Positions 9,842 through 18,928 of a stretch of DNA of 64,000 nt are shown here, piece after piece. The translations under genes were made by a program, and so were the position numbers. Source of the DNA: a virus (taxonomy: Duplodnaviria > Caudoviricetes); IMG/VR virus record IMGVR_UViG_3300042268_000564. The stretch is one strand, 5' to 3'. Positions within the stretch are counted from its first letter, which is position 1. Each line of letters starts with the position of its first letter. The notes below the pieces were generated by a model that searched no databases, had not been told where the DNA came from, and saw only the letters and a list, made by a program, of their open reading frames with translations.

Positions 9842-10543
9842 ATGGTCAGGGTTCCAAAAAGTTTAGCTGAAACGGGTTATTTCCGTAAAACATTAAGAGA
9901 TAAGAATGTGTATAAATATATGCACAAATTTTATCGCACCTTTCTTAAGCCCGGTCGTGCGAAGCCTTTTAGTATTCGCAGGCAAACTTTGTATACCTGT
10001 CAATATGTTTTTCCACCTCAAAGAGGGTATCCGAAAGGTCGTCCATGTGTAGACGATGTTTATAACTTGCCTGACCCTGATTGTCCCGCTTGCAACGGCA
10101 CAGGTCATCCTCAGCTTTCGGACAAGTGGCGAGAAGTGAGAGTTATGGGTTTGTTGGCCCCTATGGGAACTGATACGCAGAATCCTTATTTGTTCGGGCA
10201 AGTTGATATGACCCAAAGAAAGCTTGTTTGCGGGTTGCCGATATCGCCGACATATACAGAGCTGTATGGTTTAAAGCCTAAAACAGATGTTCTTGATAAA
10301 GCTGGAAATACTATAGAGACAGATGTCTTTATCGGATATAAGCTTGAGTTGGATGATGTGATTGTGTGGGAAGAAACTTATTTTGATGGCTTGGTCGAAA
10401 GGACAAAAGTAACCGAATACATTATCACTGGTTTCTCAATGGAAAACATAGAAGTTGGCTATTTTAGAACAACACAAGTTGCGATATTAACGCAGAAAAA
10501 TGTGAATAGCCCAACTACGCCTCAGCCTCGATTTGGTGGTTAA
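9842..10543 (+). CDS. Putative head closure/neck protein with Cys-rich zinc site
   Basis: TCQY...PCVD...PDPDCPACNGTG motif and neck-region synteny. Confidence 0.55.
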   Translation: MVRVPKSLAETGYFRKTLRDKNVYKYMHKFYRTFLKPGRAKPFSIRRQTLYTCQYVFPPQRGYPKGRPCVDDVYNLPDPDCPACNGTGHPQLSDKWREVRVMGLLAPMGTDTQNPYLFGQVDMTQRKLVCGLPISPTYTELYGLKPKTDVLDKAGNTIETDVFIGYKLELDDVIVWEETYFDGLVERTKVTEYIITGFSMENIEVGYFRTTQVAILTQKNVNSPTTPQPRFGG

Positions 10544-10545
10544 GA

Positions 10546-11016
10546 ATGATAACTGGTTCGTTAAATATAACTAGGGTGCTCGGCTTTGTAAAGAAGATGA
10601 AGGAGATGGCATCGAAACTTGCCGATGCCCTTGACGACAGTAATACGCAGGAACAGGTACAAGAGATAATTTTGCAGGAAATACATGCTGCAATAGATGA
10701 GGTTGGGCTAACTACAAATACGGGACATTTGAAATCGAGTTTTAAGTTTGTCGGGGTAGAAAAGGGGCAAACAACAGTTACTTATAAAGTAATAAGCACG
10801 GCAAGATATGCGAGTTATTTAAACGATGGTTCGGCTCCGTCATATGGTAGATATGTGCCTGCGATAGGGAAGCGGCTTATTAATGGTGAGGCAGGTATGC
10901 ATCCGGGGAATAGACCTTATCGTTTTATGGAACTTGCGCAGCGCAGGGTTGCCGAACGATTAAGACCAACTTTGACGCAACAGATTACGAGTTTTATAAA
11001 GAAATGGTTGAGTTGA
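10546..11016 (+). CDS. HK97 gp10-like tail completion/neck protein
   Basis: NTGHLKSS, ARYASYLNDGS and HPGNRPYRFMELA motifs characteristic of this family. Confidence 0.8.
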   Translation: MITGSLNITRVLGFVKKMKEMASKLADALDDSNTQEQVQEIILQEIHAAIDEVGLTTNTGHLKSSFKFVGVEKGQTTVTYKVISTARYASYLNDGSAPSYGRYVPAIGKRLINGEAGMHPGNRPYRFMELAQRRVAERLRPTLTQQITSFIKKWLS

Positions 11017-11017
11017 T

Positions 11018-12094
11018 ATGGAACTTTCATATATAGAAGCTTGGGTAAGAATGTTGAGGCTGCTGTATTCCAGAGGTAGAGCTGACACCGAAAGAACAAT
11101 GGCAGTTACGGTTAATGCAGGTTTCCCTTTTGCTGATGTGGCTGAAAATGCTAATTTGCCGAATGACCCGTATTATGCAAGTGGGACGTCCAGCTCTGTG
11201 AATAGAACTGTTGATAGACGAACAGTTCAGCCGCCAGAAGTGTCTGTTCATGATGCTGGGGCAAATTTCCCAAAGAAATATCAAGACAACTTTATATCAA
11301 ATCTCTATTCAAGAGATGTAGTGTTGCCGCCAGAACTTGTAGGGACAGTTGCTCTTGTTAAAAATGTAATGCTTGAAAGACCCGATGGGACATTGAGAGT
11401 GTTAATAGAGAATGAGCACTACAGATTCGATGCAGAGCAGAATATAATCACATTTTTTGTCGAGTTTTTTGACTATGCACCTATTGGTGCCAATGTGCAA
11501 TATACCTGCGAGTTGTATTCCGAAACTTTATGTGGCGTAAATGAGTTAGTTCTTACAAGCCAAATATTAGCAGGTGAAGTAATTGGGGCAATCTATTCTC
11601 TCGAAGGCGACGTATCTGTTCAAGTCGATTTTTGGGGAAGTGACCCGAAACAGACAGAGTGGATGCTCCAGAGATTTAGAAATTTGTGGATTAATGAGCG
11701 CAAGCTGCGCAGGTCATTGGCTGCTCAGGGGCTGATTACAATGAATTTGTCTTGGACTCATGGTGGGACATCAAAAAGCCTTGATAAAAATTTGCGTCCA
11801 TATCTGTATAACATCTCGGCAATGGTTAAATTTACTACTGAATACCGAGTAATGGAACTTGCAGAACAATATGTTGCTGACTTTGACAATTTCAGTGCAG
11901 GCAGTAATTGGTTGGGCACTATTGCCCCATCATTCCAAGCGGAGCCTATCAGAGAAGTGGCAGCAAAATTAGTATTGGAACCATTCAGATTGAGAATGGT
12001 TATCCCTTGGGGGAATGACAATAAATTATTAAATACGGGAGATGCGTCCTACGGTGTTCATAACACTATGGGACAAATTACCTTTAAGACTTAA
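11018..12094 (+). CDS. Putative tail terminator
   Basis: Follows the gp10-like gene and precedes the sheaths; PEVSV...VQVDFWG pattern of tail terminators, with an inserted domain. Confidence 0.5.
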   Translation: MELSYIEAWVRMLRLLYSRGRADTERTMAVTVNAGFPFADVAENANLPNDPYYASGTSSSVNRTVDRRTVQPPEVSVHDAGANFPKKYQDNFISNLYSRDVVLPPELVGTVALVKNVMLERPDGTLRVLIENEHYRFDAEQNIITFFVEFFDYAPIGANVQYTCELYSETLCGVNELVLTSQILAGEVIGAIYSLEGDVSVQVDFWGSDPKQTEWMLQRFRNLWINERKLRRSLAAQGLITMNLSWTHGGTSKSLDKNLRPYLYNISAMVKFTTEYRVMELAEQYVADFDNFSAGSNWLGTIAPSFQAEPIREVAAKLVLEPFRLRMVIPWGNDNKLLNTGDASYGVHNTMGQITFKT

Positions 12095-12109
12095 GCGAGG
12101 AGATTAACG

Positions 12110-12328
12110 ATGGCAGCAGAAGTGCAAAGAACAATCGGTTACTGGAAGGAATTCTTCAAAGGCGACAAAAAGAAAATGATGCTTTTGACAGCTTTCATCC
12201 ATGAGAAGAAATTGACTACAGCTTCCAAGTATACATTGAAAGAACTGGAAGATGGAATGACTCTTTTGGGAAACAGATGTCTGCATGATTCAGACAAATG
12301 CCTGTTTAACACAAGACGTGACATGTAA
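12110..12328 (+). CDS. Small hypothetical protein
   Basis: 72 aa with gaggag RBS, in operon. Confidence 0.6.
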   Translation: MAAEVQRTIGYWKEFFKGDKKKMMLLTAFIHEKKLTTASKYTLKELEDGMTLLGNRCLHDSDKCLFNTRRDM

Positions 12329-12335
12329 TTAACGG

Positions 12336-14465
12336 ATGTCATTAAAGCCCTATACTTCATTAGTTGTCTCTCAGCGAAATGCTGACGTAATAGGCAAGCA
12401 ACCCGACGTCGTCTATATGCTGGCTCCCGCTCTCAAGGGCGGAGCCAAGCTTGACGATAGCGGGAATATTGTATATGGCGAAAATGGCTTTCAGGTATTT
12501 GGGGCTTCAGAGGCTTTTTCGAGTCTGCCTGCGTTCGAGTATGAATTTGGCAATGCCGCTGATGGGAGTCCTGCATCTGTTTATGCGAAGTGGATATATG
12601 ACCACGGAAACTTTAATATCCGATGCAGAAGGATTGTCGGAAGTGACCTTAATTATGCAACGACTGTGTTAAAGAATGAATATGGACAAGATGTATTGCA
12701 GGTGAGGTCGGAGGTTCAGGAAGAATCAGGCAATAAGATTTTTGTTGATGTGGACAAGAGTTCTGGCGTGGAAGGTTTTCTTTATTCCACTAATGCCTAT
12801 TTTGATGCAAGTCTTAAAAGGTTATATGTAGGGAAACAATATTTACCGACAGACATTTTAACTTTTAAGGGAAGGGTTGCAGACCAACCTCTTTTGGTTG
12901 AGTTTTTTGGTGGCAGTGCAAATGAGTTTAATTTGTTTGCATGGAACAGAATACTTCATGCAACTGATGAGTCGGGGCAGTCATATTCTTACGTTACTGT
13001 TACTCCGACTGGGCTTGAGTTTACTTATGATGTTGGTACAAAGCAATTTGTATTCGGCGAGAACGTTACAGGACGAGTTGACATCCTTGTCGAGGCTGTT
13101 TTTGGCGAGGCAGTCAAGGTTTGTACGTGGATGGCAGGCAATACTTTTTCTTTTGATTTTGATGATATTCAATTTGACGGGCTTTATCTCAATGGCGTTG
13201 GTGAGGTTAATAATATAACCAAGAATAAATATTTGCGGTTATACAATGAAGCCCCCGACCAAGAGACAGTGATTTCATTTGAAGAAACATTAGATTTAAG
13301 AAAGATGCTCACTGTCAAAAATAGTATCCGAACAGAGACATACTTTTTGGACGAGCCAATCGATTTGATGAATGAGATAAATCTTCGTTCTCGTCTGGTA
13401 GCCGCAGATTTGCTTGTTAATGATTCATTTGTTGCAGAATTTTTTCCTGAGCAGGTATTGCAGCCCATTGGGTTCAAGTTGGCAGCTTACGACGGAAATT
13501 TTTTAAACTTGTATGACAATCTCAGAAGTGTAGCAGATGCAGCAGAGATTGATACGGGGCTTATAAGAACTACAGTGATGGGGGGTAGTTATGATGCGCC
13601 AGCTTTATCTATGGGCAATCAGTTGTCGGGTGGCAGTTCAGGGTTAGATGCGACATTGGCGGATTATCTGGAAGCGTTGGTTGAAGCAGGCTCTTTGAAT
13701 GATATTACCATAGTCATAGCACCCGGCGTTGATGATGCTACCATGCACATGCTGCTTGGCGACCATTGTCAAGAAATGTTCGGGCATGGGAAATACAGGA
13801 TAAGTATTGGCGGCGTGGGACTCGGTGAAACATTAGAAGAAAAAGTTGCTCGAACAAGCATACTTAATAACGAAAGGTTTTCTTTAATAGGTGATGGGTT
13901 GCAATTGAAAGACCCCGTTACTGGCGTTAAGAGGATGTTTTCTGGTTCTATTGCCGTAGCACCTTTTGTAGGACAGCTTTTGGCTCAGAATTATTACACA
14001 TCACTTACGAATCAGACATTAAGGAATGCGTATAACGTAGAGAATCATTACGATGATGCGCAACACAATGTTTTACATGAAGCCAGAATGATTACCTTTT
14101 ATTTCGATGCTGGTGTGAAAATCGTCGACGCTATTACAACGTCAACTTACAACGCCTATGAAGATATCCATATGTTAAGGATTTTTGATGCAGTAAGTCA
14201 TAGTTTACAAGTCGTAATGAAGGGTAACGTAGGCGAGGTCAACATGCCGCCACGTTGGGGATACATTTTGGCGAAAATGCAAAAGTATTTAGAGACACTT
14301 GTAAGTGTCGGGGCAATTTCGGATTTTAAATTATTGAATGAGGTTCGTGCGGAAGACATAGTTTCCAAGCGGTTCAGATTCAGAGTCGGGGTTATACCTG
14401 TGTTCCCTGTGAAATACATAGAGGGATTTGTAGATATTGTGCCACCTACATTTGTTCAGGTGTAA
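12336..14465 (+). CDS. Tail sheath protein 1
   Basis: Sheath motifs LSGGSSG, IVIAPG...HCQEM, IVDAITT, IHMLRIFD and the C-terminal PVFPVKYI. Confidence 0.85.
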   Translation: MSLKPYTSLVVSQRNADVIGKQPDVVYMLAPALKGGAKLDDSGNIVYGENGFQVFGASEAFSSLPAFEYEFGNAADGSPASVYAKWIYDHGNFNIRCRRIVGSDLNYATTVLKNEYGQDVLQVRSEVQEESGNKIFVDVDKSSGVEGFLYSTNAYFDASLKRLYVGKQYLPTDILTFKGRVADQPLLVEFFGGSANEFNLFAWNRILHATDESGQSYSYVTVTPTGLEFTYDVGTKQFVFGENVTGRVDILVEAVFGEAVKVCTWMAGNTFSFDFDDIQFDGLYLNGVGEVNNITKNKYLRLYNEAPDQETVISFEETLDLRKMLTVKNSIRTETYFLDEPIDLMNEINLRSRLVAADLLVNDSFVAEFFPEQVLQPIGFKLAAYDGNFLNLYDNLRSVADAAEIDTGLIRTTVMGGSYDAPALSMGNQLSGGSSGLDATLADYLEALVEAGSLNDITIVIAPGVDDATMHMLLGDHCQEMFGHGKYRISIGGVGLGETLEEKVARTSILNNERFSLIGDGLQLKDPVTGVKRMFSGSIAVAPFVGQLLAQNYYTSLTNQTLRNAYNVENHYDDAQHNVLHEARMITFYFDAGVKIVDAITTSTYNAYEDIHMLRIFDAVSHSLQVVMKGNVGEVNMPPRWGYILAKMQKYLETLVSVGAISDFKLLNEVRAEDIVSKRFRFRVGVIPVFPVKYIEGFVDIVPPTFVQV

Positions 14466-14543
14466 GAAAGCGGCAATAGGTTTGAAAATATTATTTTGAA
14501 CGTTATTAACAATTAACGTGACAAGAAGCAGGAGGAACGAGAA

Positions 14544-16781
14544 ATGTCAAATATACCTTATACCAGTCTCGTAGTCAATCCTGACGGGCTGGAGACTCTC
14601 GGTGGTCGCACGCCAGATGTAATTTACATGATGGCACCAGCACTCAAGGGTGGCGAAAAATTAGACGATGACGGTGTGCCTGTAATTGATATCAATGGAA
14701 ACACAGTTTTCAGAGATAAAATTTTCAGCACAAGAGAGAGTTTTGAACGGGAATTCGGACGGGCAAGAGATGGCAGCCAAGCATCAATCTACGCTAAGTG
14801 GATTTATGATAAAGGTAAATATGCTATTCGTTGCCGCCGTGTTGCAAGCAGTGATTTGGCTTATGCAACCGCAGCTCTTAAAAATGAAGCTGGCGATGAT
14901 ATTCTTCAAGTTAAATCAAGAGCGCAGAGCACATTCGCAAATGAAATTTTTGTAGATGTTGACGGCTCTACAAACAGAGAAGCTTATTTGGTTAAACCAA
15001 ATGCAGCTTTTGACCCTGCATTGATGGTTCTCGAAACCAATGAAGTTTATAGCGCAGTTGACAGACTTTTCTTTGAAGGTAAAAGACTGAGCGACAACCT
15101 TCCTTTCAGAATTGAATTTTACGGTGATGGTAGCACTCAGAATTTTGAACTTTTTAACTGGAGTCCAGTTTCAGGTTCAGCTCCTTTTATCGTAACTGAT
15201 GGACAGACAACCTTTGATTATGCCGGTCCAGACATGGCTGTTATCGACATTCCTGCCGGACAGTATTCTTATGATACTGCCACTAAGGAACTTAGATTCG
15301 GTAGCGCACCTGTGCTTGGCTCACATAATCTTTTGGTTAATACTCTTTGCCCATTTGGCGAAGCAAGATTGACTATGTCATCTAATGGCACTGCTCAGGT
15401 TTACAATATTGATTTCGCAATCAATGATGTAGATTTCTTGGCATTGTATGTTAATGGTATTGGCGCACAGTATGACCAGAAATATTTGAAGCTTGTTCGC
15501 TTGTATACAACTTCACAGTTCGTTTCAATGCGTGGGCTTACAGTAACAGTTGGCGCAGGAACTAACGTTGATACAATTAAGCTTACAATCGTTGCAGGAA
15601 CTGGCGTAAGCATGAAGGCAGAGGTTTATGACAATCTTGCTACTCTGGCAGATGTTGTGAATCAGGTTAATGTTTCTTCATCATTGGTTTTGGCAGAAAT
15701 TCTTGTGAATAATATGAATCAGTTGCCAGCAATGTGTACTGAAGTAGCTTTCTTGCCTATCGGGATTATGCTGACCATTCGCAATGGCAATGAAGTTGAA
15801 AAATTCGATGACCTTAGAGATGCAGAAGACATCTCTATGAAATTAAATGATGGCGCAAATGGTTCTGACCTCGTAACTATGGAAGTTATTGGTTCGGCAA
15901 ATCATGAATTGCCATCACTTGAGTCAGATGTTCAGCTTTCAGGTGGACGTTCTGGCGACAATCCAACAATTATTGATTATCTTGACGCTCTTGCTGAAGC
16001 AGCGGCTGTTAAAGATGTAACAATCATGATTGCCCCCGGCGTAGAAGATGAAGCTTTCCATGCTCTTATGAAAGATGAATGTGAAGCCTCGTCAAGCATC
16101 GGTGATTATCGTATCGCTTTCGCAGGTGTTGGACTTGGTGAATCACTTGAAAGAAAACAGCAGCGCACAAGAATCCTCAACAGTGAAAGATTGTCGATGA
16201 TTGGTGACGGTTTGTATCTTGTAAGTGCGTATGATGGACGCAGAAGATTATATTCTGGTGCTGTAGGGGTTTGCCCATTCGTAGCGCAGATTATTAGTCA
16301 GAAATTCTTCGTGTGCCATACTTACAAATACTTGTCTAACGCTTATGGCGTTGAACACGAGTATGATGATGCGCAGCATCAGGTATTGCATGATGCCAGA
16401 TTGATTACTTTCCGCATCAATAATGGCATTCAGATTATTGACGCTATCACAACATCAACCATTATGGCTTATGAAGATATCCATATGGTTAGAACTTATG
16501 ATGTGGTTAGCAGGGGTATCAGAAAGGCTATGGAAAAAGCCATTGGCAAATCCAATATGCCGCCTACTTGGGGTTGGGTGCTTGGAATGATTCAAAAATT
16601 CCTTGAAAGCCTGAGAAATATCGGGGCAATCATGGATTTCAGACTTCTTAATGAAGTTTCTATCCAAGACATCGTTGAAAAACGATTCAGATTCCGTGTA
16701 GGGCTTATCCCTGTATTCCCAATCAAGTATGTAGAAGCGGAACTTGATATTATCCCGCCAACCTACGTGCCAACCAGCTAA
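14544..16781 (+). CDS. Tail sheath protein 2 (paralog of sheath 1)
   Basis: Collinear with sheath 1 (PYTSLVV, PDV.YM.APALKGG, LSGG.SG, IIDAITTS, AYEDIHM, RFRFRVG.IPVFP.KY); strong ggagga RBS. Confidence 0.88.
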   Translation: MSNIPYTSLVVNPDGLETLGGRTPDVIYMMAPALKGGEKLDDDGVPVIDINGNTVFRDKIFSTRESFEREFGRARDGSQASIYAKWIYDKGKYAIRCRRVASSDLAYATAALKNEAGDDILQVKSRAQSTFANEIFVDVDGSTNREAYLVKPNAAFDPALMVLETNEVYSAVDRLFFEGKRLSDNLPFRIEFYGDGSTQNFELFNWSPVSGSAPFIVTDGQTTFDYAGPDMAVIDIPAGQYSYDTATKELRFGSAPVLGSHNLLVNTLCPFGEARLTMSSNGTAQVYNIDFAINDVDFLALYVNGIGAQYDQKYLKLVRLYTTSQFVSMRGLTVTVGAGTNVDTIKLTIVAGTGVSMKAEVYDNLATLADVVNQVNVSSSLVLAEILVNNMNQLPAMCTEVAFLPIGIMLTIRNGNEVEKFDDLRDAEDISMKLNDGANGSDLVTMEVIGSANHELPSLESDVQLSGGRSGDNPTIIDYLDALAEAAAVKDVTIMIAPGVEDEAFHALMKDECEASSSIGDYRIAFAGVGLGESLERKQQRTRILNSERLSMIGDGLYLVSAYDGRRRLYSGAVGVCPFVAQIISQKFFVCHTYKYLSNAYGVEHEYDDAQHQVLHDARLITFRINNGIQIIDAITTSTIMAYEDIHMVRTYDVVSRGIRKAMEKAIGKSNMPPTWGWVLGMIQKFLESLRNIGAIMDFRLLNEVSIQDIVEKRFRFRVGLIPVFPIKYVEAELDIIPPTYVPTS

Positions 16782-16798
16782 TAACTGGAACAAACTAA

Positions 16799-16820
16799 AG
16801 GGGCTGTTCAGACAGCCCCT
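16799..16820. terminator. GC-rich stem-loop between sheath 2 and tube (weak, reverse-strand or processing element)
   Basis: aggggctgt-tcag-acagcccct; no U-tract on +, short U-tract on -. Confidence 0.5.
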
Positions 16821-16849
16821 AACTTAAAGACTATGGAAGGAGTCACATC

Positions 16850-17485
16850 ATGAGTTTAATGAGATATGAACGTGAAAATAATCTCGTAGACGAAGCTCCG
16901 GGTCCGGGAGTGAATGAGCCAGCGATTTTCTCTGGCGCAGACGGGATGATTATGTTTGACGGCGAGCCAATGGCAAGACGTGTTGAAAGCTCAGTTGAAA
17001 TCGGTCTCGACTGGGACGAAGTATATTTCCAAGGGCAATACACAGTAGGTGCTTTGGTTCTTAAATCAATCAAGATTACTGGTGGTATCAAACAAGCTAC
17101 AGCCAACCTTAATGTTCTGAAAAAGTTCGTTGGCATGTCGCCTGCCGATGGCACAAGAGATGATGCAACAATCCGTGATGTAAGATATATCGCACCAGTT
17201 GATATTATTCTTATTCTGGACAAATCTATGCTTCCTCCGAACATTGCTTCTTATGAAGCGATATTGGTGTTCAATGCTGTTATGAACAGCTTCTCAATGC
17301 CAACTGCCGCAGCGAGCACAGTATTTAATGACCAGAAATGGACAGCATCGAACCTGAGCTTTAAAACTGGCACACCTATGGATAGCCTTAAACTTGTTGG
17401 TAATGAATTTGTTGCCAATGAATATGTTAATCGCAATATCCCAGAAGGTGGACGTGCTGGTGGTGAGGTTAACACTATTTGGTAA
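16850..17485 (+). CDS. Tail tube protein
   Basis: Directly after sheath; IFSGADGMIMFDG and SIKITGGIK resemble XkdM-like tube proteins. Confidence 0.75.
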   Translation: MSLMRYERENNLVDEAPGPGVNEPAIFSGADGMIMFDGEPMARRVESSVEIGLDWDEVYFQGQYTVGALVLKSIKITGGIKQATANLNVLKKFVGMSPADGTRDDATIRDVRYIAPVDIILILDKSMLPPNIASYEAILVFNAVMNSFSMPTAAASTVFNDQKWTASNLSFKTGTPMDSLKLVGNEFVANEYVNRNIPEGGRAGGEVNTIW

Positions 17486-17513
17486 GACAACGGGAACGGT
17501 AAATCTCCTGCTT

Positions 17514-17543
17514 AAAAGGGCTGAAGAAATTCAGCCCTTTTTT
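17514..17543 (+). terminator. Intrinsic terminator after tail tube
   Basis: aaaagggctgaa-gaaa-ttcagccctttttt. Confidence 0.9.
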
Positions 17544-17551
17544 ATTTCTAC

Positions 17552-17570
17552 AAGAAACTATTATATAGGG
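17552..17570 (+). promoter_or_regulatory. Candidate phage late promoter motif, copy 1
   Basis: aagaaactattatataggg, 17/19 identical to 55227-55245; both lie just downstream of a terminator. Confidence 0.5.
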
Positions 17571-17836
17571 GTGGCTGATTGATTTTTTTAGGGTTTTGAT
17601 GCAAAGAAACATAATGAAAGAATCAAAAGTTGTCCTCGAAGGGGTAAAATAATTTTAGATACAAGAAAACCTGTGTTTTCAGCGTATCTTTGCAAACCGT
17701 GTTTGCAATTGTCCTTTCTGCGAAAGCAGTTCAACAAATTTCTTATTTGTTGGAGTGAGGAGCCTACCGTCCCTCATATCAACAAACAGGCAAATAAGTT
17801 TTTATAACTTTGCTTGAACGGTGGCTGATTCAGCCA
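17570..17836 (+). ncRNA. Candidate structured non-coding RNA or leader
   Basis: Largest ORF-free gap in the window, holding about 7 back-to-back hairpins and flanked by the direct repeat ggtggctgatt. Confidence 0.5.
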
Positions 17837-17869
17837 GTTATTTTTAATTAACAAATGGGGGTTCCAATA

Positions 17870-18457
17870 ATGGACGAAGTTGAAAGAGCCAGAATGGCTA
17901 TGAATGGTGCCAAGGGGAGTTTGCCAGAAGAGTATAAGGAAAAAAACTCATCAAGTGAACTGAGCGCAGAAGAAAGAGCAGAGCTGAATTCACCTGTAGC
18001 TTCTGTAGGAAGTTTCAGCAATGGCGAAGCTGTTGAGATGACAGTTGATGACTTTCTTGCCGCTACAAAAAGAGACCACTACGTTTCTAAAACGTGGGAA
18101 AGCAAGAAACGTATCGTAAAAATCAAGAAATTCACCAAAGGTGACAATGACAGAGTTTCTTCCCCATTGATGAAGAAAACGGTCGCTATTGAGATTTCAG
18201 ATGACAAAGACCCAAGCAAATCAAAGCCAAAGCTTGATGTTTCTATGGAAACATTCACAGAAATGGAAAAGATTATGGTCGAAGTCGGTTTGAGTTATTA
18301 CCAGAAAGATAATAGACCTCTTATTGACCGTGCTTACATTGACAAGGTGCTTACCGCTGATGAATTTAAAGAGCTTGTAACACTTGTTCAAGAAGTGAAT
18401 CCTGAAGCTATGGCAGCAAGTGCCAAGGTCGAAAAGAACGAACAGTTAAAAAAATAA
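17870..18457 (+). CDS. Tail assembly chaperone (G-like)
   Basis: Between tube and tape measure; ends TTA AAA AAA TAA. Start refined to the ATG after ggggg (ORF track starts at 17855). Confidence 0.75.
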   Translation: MDEVERARMAMNGAKGSLPEEYKEKNSSSELSAEERAELNSPVASVGSFSNGEAVEMTVDDFLAATKRDHYVSKTWESKKRIVKIKKFTKGDNDRVSSPLMKKTVAIEISDDKDPSKSKPKLDVSMETFTEMEKIMVEVGLSYYQKDNRPLIDRAYIDKVLTADEFKELVTLVQEVNPEAMAASAKVEKNEQLKK

Positions 18458-18490
18458 TAAGGGGGCACCCGGAGCTGTACGGGTTCCTCC
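18448..18490 (+). promoter_or_regulatory. Programmed -1 ribosomal frameshift signal
   Basis: A AAA AAA heptamer at 18448-18454, then a stem gggggcacccg/cgggttcctcc 6 nt downstream; the -1 frame is open into ORF 18526-18906. Confidence 0.8.
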
Positions 18491-18906
18491 TGACATCTTT
18501 TCTTTGGCGACAAACACCAACTGAAATGAGACAAGTTCCCCAAGCAGACTATGATTTCATGGCTGCTTTTGGGGAAATTGTCATAGAAGGAGTTGTTGAC
18601 CTTGTCAAGGGTGTTCTTGGGGTGGCAGAAGATGCTGCCGAAAAGTCGCCTGAGCTTAAAAAGCATATTAACAAGGCAAAGAATAAGGCTGGTGTTTTGA
18701 CAGGGAAAAAACAAGCAGCGAGCACTACTGATAGTGAAAGTATTAGTCAAGAAGATTGGACTGCGGCAAGAAATGCGAAGCTAATGCCACAAATTAAGCG
18801 TGTAAGTCAGAAGCCAGAAGCTGATAGACGCTTTGATTGGTATGAGAAAAAGGGGTTCTTGGCTGAGTGTTGGCAACAGCGGCAGGAAAGATTGAACGGA
18901 GATTGA
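18454..18906 (+). CDS. Tail assembly chaperone GT extension (reached by -1 frameshift)
   Basis: The -1 frame reads IIRGHPELYGFLLTSFLWRQTPTEMRQVPQADYDFM..., continuous with the ATG at 18526, which lacks an obvious RBS. Confidence 0.75.
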   Translation: MIRGHPELYGFLLTSFLWRQTPTEMRQVPQADYDFMAAFGEIVIEGVVDLVKGVLGVAEDAAEKSPELKKHINKAKNKAGVLTGKKQAASTTDSESISQEDWTAARNAKLMPQIKRVSQKPEADRRFDWYEKKGFLAECWQQRQERLNGD

Positions 18907-18928
18907 ATGAGATAAGGGGATTATAACT

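Noticed and set aside
17599-17652. 17-codon ORF MQRNIMKESKVVLEGVK in the structured gap
   Set aside because: No convincing RBS and too short to support, though a leader peptide cannot be excluded.
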